DNA of 35,413 bases from NCBI GenBank assembly GCA_947424995.1, contig CANDYO010000001.1, forward strand, positions 1 to 35,413. Direction: 5' to 3'. The notes beneath the pieces are model-generated. The model was not told where the DNA came from. It worked only from the letters and a program-made list of their open reading frames with translations, and made no database searches. Positions 1 through 10,804 of this stretch are shown here, one piece after another. A program made the position numbers and the translations under genes. Source of the stretch: Rickettsiales bacterium (GTDB lineage Bacteria > Pseudomonadota > Alphaproteobacteria > Rickettsiales > CANDYO01). Position 1 is the stretch's first letter, and every line of letters begins with the position of its first letter.

Positions 1-141
1 CGATCTTAGTGATCAATCCATCAAGCGTACTGTTCGCCCCATTGATAAGGCCTATATAAACCTTACCAATAACTCTAACTACATTACTTACTTTTTTACA
101 GAGTTTTGAGTATATTTTGAATATACAATCCATTCTAAAGT

Positions 142-247
142 AAACGCCTGAGGTAGTCATGGATCCCCCGAATCTAGGCGTTGCCTAGCTCGGAGGATGA
201 CGCAGAATTTGTCACCGAGCTAACGAATTTTTACGGGGGATGATGCC
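142..247. repeat. GC-rich palindromic element (RPE-like), composite or partial copy
   Basis: 142-202 aligns to 33888-33948 (atggatcccccgaa.ctaggcgttgcctagctc.gaggatgacg). It has internal inverted repeats tagctcgg/ccgagcta and catggatccccc/gggggatgatg. GC-rich island in AT-rich DNA. Confidence 0.6.
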
Positions 248-252
248 ATTCT

Positions 253-381
253 CTTAAACCATTCCTAGAGCGTGCTTATAAAGATCTAGTAGTTCTTCAT
301 GCTCATCTAGTTTTGCTTTATCTATTTTACGAATACGGACAATTTGACGAAGCACAGTGGTATCAAAGCCTTGTACTTTGG
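253..381 (-). pseudogene. 3' fragment (stop plus last ~42 codons) of a second gapR/DUF2312 copy
   Basis: Ungapped alignment to 1293-1421 (offset 1040) with about 8 substitutions. It lacks the N-terminal half and a start codon. Confidence 0.75.
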
Positions 382-446
382 TTTATAATTGACATTAACT
401 TTTAGTTAATCGTAATATATTTTACAATTATTATAAAACTTCTTCA

Positions 447-475
447 TTGACTAACTTAAATATAGTGCATATTAT
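447..475 (+). promoter_or_regulatory. sigma70-like promoter candidate, TTGACT-17 nt-TATTAT
   Basis: Hexamers at 447-452 and 470-475, 30-45 nt upstream of the 507/519 start. A second candidate, TTGACA-18-TAATAT, lies at 389-418. Such hexamers arise by chance in AT-rich DNA. Confidence 0.35.
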
Positions 476-506
476 ATAGTTAACTTATTAACGAATAGAT
501 GATTAA

Positions 507-818
507 ATGGAGATAAATATGATGAGTGAAAATATTTTAGAACCTAATCAAGATTGTAGAAATAACATATGTGAAGCTATAAAAAAATTAAATACGCAAG
601 AGACTAGGTTTGTATTTGTCGATTATATCACTAAAGATGAACGTGAGATTATTGATACTATAAAGCAAGATATAAAAGATATAAAAGAAAGTGAGTTTGT
701 TGAGATAATTCACACACAATTAAGAGATGATATGGCTTATTGTTTTCATATGGATAAAGAAAGTTTCTCCATGAATTATGGCCGGAGTGGTGAGTCAACG
801 CATCTTACGATGATTTAG
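507..818 (+). CDS. hypothetical protein; possibly the N-terminal part of a frameshifted gene
   Basis: 103-aa ORF. GGAGA at 510-514 favours the ATG at 519 as the real start. No recognisable family. Confidence 0.4.
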   Translation: MEINMMSENILEPNQDCRNNICEAIKKLNTQETRFVFVDYITKDEREIIDTIKQDIKDIKESEFVEIIHTQLRDDMAYCFHMDKESFSMNYGRSGESTHLTMI

Positions 819-862
819 GCAATAAAAACCCTAACTTAGAAGAAGTTTTATCTACGGCGAAG

Positions 863-1186
863 ATGCATCAAGATGGCGCATTTAGTGGTGCTATTGTAAG
901 TGGTATAATTGCAGCTTTAGCAATTGTAGGACCTTCCACAATTTTTGCTAAATATAATGAGTATTTATATCCAGAATTGCATGGCTTTAACAGGACCGCT
1001 ATTAATGAAATAGTTCAAGCTAAAGTAAATCAAGTTGCAATTTTTGTTCAAGGAGAGTCAGGAGCAGTTCATGGATGGCCCTTCAAGAACTATGAAAATA
1101 GAGTTATGGAGTTTATTTCTTCTAATGATAAACAAATAAGTAATTTTATTTTAGGTTTAACGGAGTATAATGTAAGTGAAGAATGA
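863..1186 (+). CDS. hypothetical protein; possibly the C-terminal part of a frameshifted gene
   Basis: 107-aa ORF with a weak RBS. Its frame is already open from 794, overlapping the end of the upstream ORF. Confidence 0.4.
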   Translation: MHQDGAFSGAIVSGIIAALAIVGPSTIFAKYNEYLYPELHGFNRTAINEIVQAKVNQVAIFVQGESGAVHGWPFKNYENRVMEFISSNDKQISNFILGLTEYNVSEE

Positions 1187-1293
1187 TAAATAACTATATA
1201 TCATAATAATATTGTTATGTTGCTTTTAATATAGACTCCTAGCTTAAAAAATTAAATAACGCTTCTTAAGTTTTGATAGGAGTTTTTCAGCAC

Positions 1294-1542
1294 TTAAACC
1301 ATACCTAGAGCGTGCTTATAAAGATCTAACAATTCTTCATGCTCGTCTAGCTTTGCTTTATCTATTTTACGAATACGGACAATTTGACGAAGCACAGTGG
1401 TATCAAAGCCCTGTGCTTTAGCTTCTAGATATACTTCTTTGATATCTTCAAGGACGGTTTTTTTATCTTCTTCTAGGCGTTCAATTCTAGCCATAAATTG
1501 GTTCAAATACTCTTTAGAGCTATTATCGATTATATCATTCAT
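1294..1542 (-). CDS. gapR: GapR-like nucleoid-associated protein (DUF2312/UPF0335)
   Basis: 82 aa, with RIERLEEDK...IKEVY.EAK..GFD...LR.IVRIRK.D. Full-length resemblance to Caulobacter GapR from memory. Confidence 0.85.
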   Translation of the reverse strand: MNDIIDNSSKEYLNQFMARIERLEEDKKTVLEDIKEVYLEAKAQGFDTTVLRQIVRIRKIDKAKLDEHEELLDLYKHALGMV

Positions 1543-1555
1543 TATATATTATTCC

Positions 1556-2338
1556 TTAGTTATAGGGTGGTTTGCTAAAACCTTTTGGTGAAAGGGTAAA
1601 AATTTCGTAACCAGTTTCAGTAACCGCAATTGTATGTTCGAATTGTGCTGAAAGCTCGCGGTCTTTAGTGGTTACAGTCCAGCCATCATTAGGGTTTAGT
1701 CGAGTATGATGAGTGCCGACATTAATCATCGGTTCAATAGTAAAAAACATTCCAGTTTCTAAAACCAAGCCAGTATGTGGAGTGCCAAAATGCATAACAC
1801 TAGGCTCGGTATGAAATATTTGACCGATACCATGGCCGCAGTAATCTCTTACTGTAGAATAATTAAATTGCTTAACATAAGTTTCAATAGCATGACCAAT
1901 ATCACCCAAATGAGCACCTGGTTTTACTTGAGCTATGCCAAGCATCATTGCTTCATGGGTTACATCAACTAAGCGTTTTGCTTTAATTGATGGATTGCCA
2001 ACTAAATACATCCGGCTAGTATCGCCATACCAACCATCTACTATTACGGTTACATCGATATTGATGATATCACCGTCTTTTAATTTACGATCATCAGGTA
2101 TGCCGTGGCATATTACGTGATTAATAGAAGTGCAGACAGATTTTGGAAAGCCTTTATAATTTAATGGCGCTGGAATTGCTCCATTACTGATAATCATGTT
2201 ATGACATAAATCATTTAGCTCAAGCGTAGTGACGCCTGGTTTTACGTAATCAGTAATAAAATCAAGCACTTCTGCGGCTAGCTTACCACTGATGCGCATT
2301 TTTGCAAAATCTTCTGGTTTATGTATTGTAATTGCCAT
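1556..2338 (-). CDS. map: methionine aminopeptidase type I
   Basis: 260 aa with metal-ligand context: DGDIINIDVT, GWYGDTSR, CGHGIG, FTIEPM, QFEHT. Confidence 0.95.
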   Translation of the reverse strand: MAITIHKPEDFAKMRISGKLAAEVLDFITDYVKPGVTTLELNDLCHNMIISNGAIPAPLNYKGFPKSVCTSINHVICHGIPDDRKLKDGDIINIDVTVIVDGWYGDTSRMYLVGNPSIKAKRLVDVTHEAMMLGIAQVKPGAHLGDIGHAIETYVKQFNYSTVRDYCGHGIGQIFHTEPSVMHFGTPHTGLVLETGMFFTIEPMINVGTHHTRLNPNDGWTVTTKDRELSAQFEHTIAVTETGYEIFTLSPKGFSKPPYN

Positions 2339-2414
2339 TATAAATACTTGAGTTAAAATTTACGTTTGTTATGATCATCATATGTGTAAATAATCTAGCT
2401 TGAGGTGAAGAAAA

Positions 2415-5376
<2,962 letters not shown>

Positions 5377-5395
5377 GGTTATCTCATGCGGATAT

Positions 5396-5448
5396 AAACT
5401 CCTCAGATCCCCGGTCGCGCCGCTTCACGGCTTGCCAGGGATGACGCA
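5396..5448. repeat. half-copy of the ligA-type palindromic element
   Basis: aaactcct.agatcc.cggtcgcgccgcttc.cggcttgccagggatgacgc matches 3956-4007 with 3 mismatches. It lies between the convergent ligA and porin stops. Confidence 0.7.
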
Positions 5449-5467
5449 TAACTCTAATTCCTCCAAC

Positions 5468-6715
5468 TCAAAACTCAATACTTACTCTAAGCATTGCTAT
5501 TGTCGCGCTTTTAAAATATGGTGAGCCAGCATTAACGGGATTTAAAGTTGGGTTAGGGATATATTGTAGATCTGGCTGAACCGTAAGCCATGATATTGGT
5601 TTATCGCTGTAAGTAAGCTCAAAGCTTACTTCTGAGCTACGTGTGTTTTGGCCGTTATTGATTACCGATTGAACATAATCACGACCGATATAGGCCTTGC
5701 TGACCCCAAAACCTAATTGGCTACTCTCACGCCCTTCAATTACTCCGTTTAATGCTAACCCAACGCTCAGCATTTGGTCTATTTGAACTACTCTATCATC
5801 GGCAACACCATAGCGGATGAAGCCAAATAATTCTCTTGTATTTTGTTTATATAAAGATTTTTCTCCGGTTAGGTAATAGCCGCTATTTGATTTGAGAGTT
5901 TGTCCATTAAGGATAGCTGGAAATTTTTTGCTAAATTGCCAAGCGCCTATTGAATAATTACCGTAGCTAGTAGTAGTTCCTGCTTCAGCAATGAACATGG
6001 CGCCATCATGCTTACTAATTCGAGTCTTAACATTATTGACGTTGCTATTATCTTGTAATAATGCATCCATTAAAGCTGCTTGAAAATATATAGTATCATT
6101 AGGAGTATATTTAACTCGAGTTCCTAAAGAATGGCTTGGAAATGTAGGTGCGCCATAAATATTATTGCCATTAGTAGTAGTTTGAGCAATTTCATCACCG
6201 ATGCCATAGCTTGGTTGAAGAAAAATAGTAGCTGAGTTAGTGATATCAAAATCATTAGCTATATCATAAAGACCAGCTAATATATTTACCCTGCCTTCAA
6301 ATAAGTCTTGTGAAACCCAGGCTTGCTCTATTCTGGTCATTGAGGTGCTTGGTTCGCTATTATCTACCTGTACTAGAGATCTTACCCATTGTTGATTAGG
6401 CCTATCCCCGGTGATTGACATAAACTCAATAAAGGCTTTCGATCCATCCACTCCAAGAAGTTTCGCGCCATCCAGATTCATTTTTAAGTCAGTAACTGAG
6501 AGAATACCTGATCCAGTTTTTGTTCCTCCACTTAAATTATTAAAAGCATCGGCATGATAATTTAAAGCAAAATCCACTCCAGAGTTAAATAATTTAACTC
6601 GGCGTTTAGACCAATCTCCGGTTAAATTCTGGCTATAGTCAGGCGTTGAATCATTGGCTAAAGTTTGTCCAGCTAAGAAAATTATGGATAAGATAAGTAA
6701 TTTTTTTAGGTTCAA
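5468..6715 (-). CDS. OprB-family (carbohydrate-selective) porin
   Basis: Signal peptide, LTGDW...R..L...G motif, alternating beta-strand pattern, and C-terminal F. TTG start in a TTGA overlap with the upstream stop. Confidence 0.7.
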   Translation of the reverse strand: MNLKKLLILSIIFLAGQTLANDSTPDYSQNLTGDWSKRRVKLFNSGVDFALNYHADAFNNLSGGTKTGSGILSVTDLKMNLDGAKLLGVDGSKAFIEFMSITGDRPNQQWVRSLVQVDNSEPSTSMTRIEQAWVSQDLFEGRVNILAGLYDIANDFDITNSATIFLQPSYGIGDEIAQTTTNGNNIYGAPTFPSHSLGTRVKYTPNDTIYFQAALMDALLQDNSNVNNVKTRISKHDGAMFIAEAGTTTSYGNYSIGAWQFSKKFPAILNGQTLKSNSGYYLTGEKSLYKQNTRELFGFIRYGVADDRVVQIDQMLSVGLALNGVIEGRESSQLGFGVSKAYIGRDYVQSVINNGQNTRSSEVSFELTYSDKPISWLTVQPDLQYIPNPTLNPVNAGSPYFKSATIAMLRVSIEF

Positions 6716-8928
6716 TTTTTTAGTCTCTTGCCAGTTGTAAGTGTATATTTTATTCTTTCTTGAGTTGGTGTAGTGCTTAAAAGTCTGATGAAGATTTCTC
6801 TCTCTAAATCGAGGAGAGAATTTTCAGTAGGGTTCTCTTGAGAAAAAATTGAGCTAAGCTCTTTAGCTACGCTCAAATTATGGCCAGAGAGATTTAGAGA
6901 ATCTATGATAGGTTGCCAATCAACTTTGATAGCTTTAAAAGCAATGTCTTCTTTGGGAAACCAACTAGTTTTGGTAGCGCGACATAATTCTTTACTGTCG
7001 CCTAAAACACGATTGATATTCATGCATATTTTGAAATTCTCTAGTTTAAGCATCTCTTGCATTTGATAACTAGAAGAAGAAATATCACCAGCTAAGATAT
7101 GTTTAAAAGCAGCGATTAAGTTTTCTGCGGAAGTAGATCTTAAGATCATTTCTTTACAGCCCCCCCAACCCGGGATAAGGCCAACTCCGGTTTCAACGAG
7201 GCCTGCATTGGTTTCAAGATGAGCAACAACTGCAGTTGAGTGGAGTAAAAACTCACAGCCACCGCCGAGAGCCATGCCTCTCGCTCCAGAAACCACCGGG
7301 ATGGGAGAGTTTTTAATCTTCATCATTACAGTTTGGCCAAGTTTTAAATATTCGTCTACTGCTTGCAAATTTTTATTTTCAGCCATCTCTAGCATAAAGC
7401 TTAAATTGCCGCCAACGGAAAAATTAACTTGATCATTAGCGATTACTAAGCCTTTATAACTATAAGAATAATCAGAGAAAAACTGGAGAATAAGGCTAAA
7501 AACTTCACGATCAGCCATTGCCATTTTGCTGGTAAATTCTATTGCAGCAATATTATCACCGATATCTAAGATTCTAGCTGAATTATTTTGTTCAATTACC
7601 TTAAAGCTTTTAAGTAAAATAATGCCCTCTGGGTGGATGATGGGGGTGTAATTACCATTATCATTAAAGTAGCTATTATTTCTATAGAATAATTGATCTT
7701 TAAGCTTCTCTAGAATAACTGGAACTTTAATATTTTGCTGTTCAAGTTTTTGCTTGAAATAACTAGGTCCAATTTGATCTATCAATTCAAAGGGACCAAA
7801 TTTCCAGTTATAGCCTTGCTTCATTGCTTGATCGATATCGCTAAGATTATCACTAGCTTCAGGGATTAGGTTGGCTGCATAGCTTAAGGTTTTGCTCAAA
7901 ACTTTGAGGGCATAAGTATTGTTATCGATAAGTTCACGAATATCGGTGATTGGACAGATTATTTCTTGGCTTAAGCTATATTCACCAGTTTTTAGATTGA
8001 TGCTTTCTTTAGTTTTTTTACCATCAACCCCTTTAGTTATCCGGTAAAATCCACCTTTGCCTTTCCGGCCAATATAGCCATCCTCAATCATTTTATTTAC
8101 TAATGAATGTGGCTTACTTACTTTAAGAAAATCATCATCAGCTGCTAAGCTGTCGCTTAAGGATTTTGCGATTAATTGCATTAAATCTATGCCAATTAAA
8201 TCATATAAACCAAAGATGGCAGTTTTAGGAATGCCTGCTGGTTTGCTGAGTAAACTATCTGCTTGTTCGATAGATAGGCCCATTTCAATAGCAGTAGTTA
8301 GAGCAACTTCTAGCCAATAACAACCAATGCGATTAGCAATGAAGCCTGGACTATCATTAGATTTAACTATTGTTTTGCCTAAAAAAATATCTAGAAAATT
8401 AGAGATAGTTTTTATAACTTCAGGCTTAGTAAATTTACTAGTAATAAGCTCTAGTAATGGCATATAGCGAGGAGGATTAAAGAAATGAGAGATTAAAAAA
8501 TGCTGTTTAAAATTATCACTGCTATTTTCAATTAATTTAGCTAATGGAATGGTAGAAGTATTAGATGAAATGATACAACTGGCTTTACAATATTGTTCTA
8601 GCTTTTTATATAGAACTTGCTTTAGCTCTAGCTTTTCTATAATCACTTCGATAATCCAATCAGCGGATTTTAGAGCTTCTAAATCATCTTCTAAATTACC
8701 TGGGGTAATATTTGCAGCTAGTTCTTGCATAGCAAGTGCTGGAGGTACAGTGTTTTGCAATTTTGCTATAGCTTGTTTAGCGACAATATTTCGATCATCC
8801 GCATTTATAGGAATTATATCAAGCAAGTGAACCTTGAATCCAGCGTTCGCTATTTGAGCTGCTATACCAGAGCCCATTACGCCGGAGCCAATAACTACAA
8901 TATTATTTATTGGAATAAGCTTCTTCAT
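6712..8928 (-). CDS. fadB: fused 3-hydroxyacyl-CoA dehydrogenase / enoyl-CoA hydratase (FadB-like, reversed domain order)
   Basis: N-terminal Rossmann motif VIGSGVMGSGIA, and C-terminal crotonase motif GGGCEFLLH. The architecture matches the Rickettsia putative trifunctional fatty acid oxidation enzyme. Confidence 0.85.
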   Translation of the reverse strand: MKKLIPINNIVVIGSGVMGSGIAAQIANAGFKVHLLDIIPINADDRNIVAKQAIAKLQNTVPPALAMQELAANITPGNLEDDLEALKSADWIIEVIIEKLELKQVLYKKLEQYCKASCIISSNTSTIPLAKLIENSSDNFKQHFLISHFFNPPRYMPLLELITSKFTKPEVIKTISNFLDIFLGKTIVKSNDSPGFIANRIGCYWLEVALTTAIEMGLSIEQADSLLSKPAGIPKTAIFGLYDLIGIDLMQLIAKSLSDSLAADDDFLKVSKPHSLVNKMIEDGYIGRKGKGGFYRITKGVDGKKTKESINLKTGEYSLSQEIICPITDIRELIDNNTYALKVLSKTLSYAANLIPEASDNLSDIDQAMKQGYNWKFGPFELIDQIGPSYFKQKLEQQNIKVPVILEKLKDQLFYRNNSYFNDNGNYTPIIHPEGIILLKSFKVIEQNNSARILDIGDNIAAIEFTSKMAMADREVFSLILQFFSDYSYSYKGLVIANDQVNFSVGGNLSFMLEMAENKNLQAVDEYLKLGQTVMMKIKNSPIPVVSGARGMALGGGCEFLLHSTAVVAHLETNAGLVETGVGLIPGWGGCKEMILRSTSAENLIAAFKHILAGDISSSSYQMQEMLKLENFKICMNINRVLGDSKELCRATKTSWFPKEDIAFKAIKVDWQPIIDSLNLSGHNLSVAKELSSIFSQENPTENSLLDLEREIFIRLLSTTPTQERIKYTLTTGKRLKN

Positions 8929-10543
8929 GATGTACTCCTCTTTCTTCGGTAGATTTTCCAGTTACTGTTTTTTTAATTCTATCTACAAATTTTTCACATT
9001 TTCTTTTAGTGGCTTTACCGACGGCTACTAGATCAGCTGATATATGAGCTCCTTCAACGAGTTCCAGCATTCTTCGGTGCTTAGTTTTTTCATTTTTATG
9101 TGCGAGGGCTGCATTTTTTACCACAGACTCATCTAAATCAGATAGATGTTTCTTCTTATTGAACATTTTAGAAAATATACTGGTTTTATCAATTTTTCTT
9201 CTAAAATCATCGGCGTCTTTAACGAATTTAGAAGAATCAAAGGGATTAAGCACTTCGCCGCAAGCATTGAGGTATTCTTTCCATTTAGGGATAATTTTTG
9301 GAGTAGGTTGATCTTTTTCAATAGCAACACAAGAAGTTAGAAAATTTATTTTAGCTTCTTTTTCACTTAAATTTTTAGGCACTAAATCTAAAGCTTTTAG
9401 TTCAATCTCTTGAATGGCTACTAGCTTTTTAAGAGCTTCAAGATCTTTATATAAAGGCATAAAAGGAGCTTTTTGCGCTCCGTCGATATAAGTCTTGAGA
9501 TCTTGTTTTTGCTGTTCATATACAGTGCGGAAATATGCTCCTACTCCTACTCCAAGACTTGAGGTTGCAACGAATGTCCAAAATTTTATTCCTTGAGTTA
9601 TACCATTGATGGGCATGACCAGAGTGAGTAGTACTGGCATTGCGACTTCTGGTAAATATGTGGATAGATGCTTACCAATGGCTTTAAGCATACTAATTGG
9701 AGTTTTTTTAACTTTTTTAAGAGTTTGCGACGTTGGTTTATCAAGAGGTATAAAAGTAATGTTTTTTAGATTGGCAAGTTCCATTTTTTTAGTATAGTTT
9801 TTGGCGTATTCTTCTAGTAATTTTGTTTCTTGAGTTAGTTTATTAAGTGAAGCTTTGCTAACGGTTTGTTGAGCAATAGCAAGAGCCATCGCTCCTATAT
9901 ACACACCAACTCCAATTGCTGGAATAATACCACCTGAAGTGATAGCGGTGGTGGTAAGTAAAAATATACTAGCAAGACGACAACCAGTTTCGCTAACTGC
10001 AAAAGTGCAGATGTTATTAATTGTATTTTTACAAGTTTCATAGATAGTATTTACTATAGGATGGTTACGGATAAATTCATCTTCAAAGGTTTTATATGGC
10101 AAATAAACTCTTTTGTGCCAAAGATATCTTAACCCTGGTTTACTACCATGTTTAGCAATGAATTTATAAATAGGATTTTTATTTATAGTGTTAAGTCTAG
10201 TAATTTTTTCTGGAGTTAGATTATCAGTAAGTAGACCAAAAGTATCTTCAGGTTTGCTAAAATCTTCTTTGGTGATTTCTAGATCTTTTTCAAGTATTTC
10301 TATAGGATGATCATAATTTTTATTGGTAAGATAAAATATTTTTCCTTTGTCTTTGTAAATATAAACGGTATTTTGTTGAACTATTTCTAGATCAGGTTTT
10401 TCAGGGCAAAGCTTTAAGTCGTCGTAGCCTAAAAGGGAGTCTACGCCAGATATTACTGGTTCGATAGCATCACGAATTTTCCCCATTAAATTAAAAGAGG
10501 TAAATGTCTGATAGATTTGTGAGAATGTGTAGCTGTCAAACAT
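8903..10543 (-). CDS. hypothetical membrane protein with two long hydrophobic segments
   Basis: 546-aa ORF. The hydrophobic stretches are ASIFLLTTTAITSGGIIPAIGVGVYIGAMALAIA and AMPVLLTLVMPINGITQGIKFWTFVATSSLGVGVGAYF. Its 3' end overlaps the fadB start by 26 nt. No family recognised. Confidence 0.6.
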   Translation of the reverse strand: MFDSYTFSQIYQTFTSFNLMGKIRDAIEPVISGVDSLLGYDDLKLCPEKPDLEIVQQNTVYIYKDKGKIFYLTNKNYDHPIEILEKDLEITKEDFSKPEDTFGLLTDNLTPEKITRLNTINKNPIYKFIAKHGSKPGLRYLWHKRVYLPYKTFEDEFIRNHPIVNTIYETCKNTINNICTFAVSETGCRLASIFLLTTTAITSGGIIPAIGVGVYIGAMALAIAQQTVSKASLNKLTQETKLLEEYAKNYTKKMELANLKNITFIPLDKPTSQTLKKVKKTPISMLKAIGKHLSTYLPEVAMPVLLTLVMPINGITQGIKFWTFVATSSLGVGVGAYFRTVYEQQKQDLKTYIDGAQKAPFMPLYKDLEALKKLVAIQEIELKALDLVPKNLSEKEAKINFLTSCVAIEKDQPTPKIIPKWKEYLNACGEVLNPFDSSKFVKDADDFRRKIDKTSIFSKMFNKKKHLSDLDESVVKNAALAHKNEKTKHRRMLELVEGAHISADLVAVGKATKRKCEKFVDRIKKTVTGKSTEERGVHHEEAYSNK

Positions 10544-10804
10544 TATATATTTAGCTTATCTATTATAAGTAATTATCTATGTTGATTATAGCATCTAATA
10601 GTTAATTTTATACTAAAAATCATTATTTTTATGATTATTTAAAGGGATAGCGGTATTTTTTAAAAAAATCTTCTATACTTAAGAAGATAAAGTAAATATA
10701 ATAGTCCAAAATATAAACTCCCAATTTGATAGATTCTAGGAAAATATTGACTTCTTCAATTATAAGAGGTATATGGTAATGGGTTTAGCAGTAGATATAG
10801 ATAG

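Noticed and set aside
1-187. Open minus-strand frame running off the left edge, with possible ATGs at 158-160 or 131-133 (MDCIFKIYSKLCKKVSNVVRVIGKVYIGLINGANSTLDGLITKI...).
   Set aside because: Only about 45-53 codons are visible. It starts inside a palindromic element and I recognise no family. It cannot be evaluated without the upstream sequence.
1397-2120. Plus-strand ORFs 1397..1591, 1775..1972 and 1935..2120.
   Set aside because: They are antisense shadow ORFs inside the well-supported gapR and map genes.
8549-9797. ORFs 8549..8830, 8725..8952, 9133..9330, 9146..9340 and 9606..9797.
   Set aside because: They are embedded in or antisense to fadB and the 546-aa ORF. They have low-complexity composition and no RBS.
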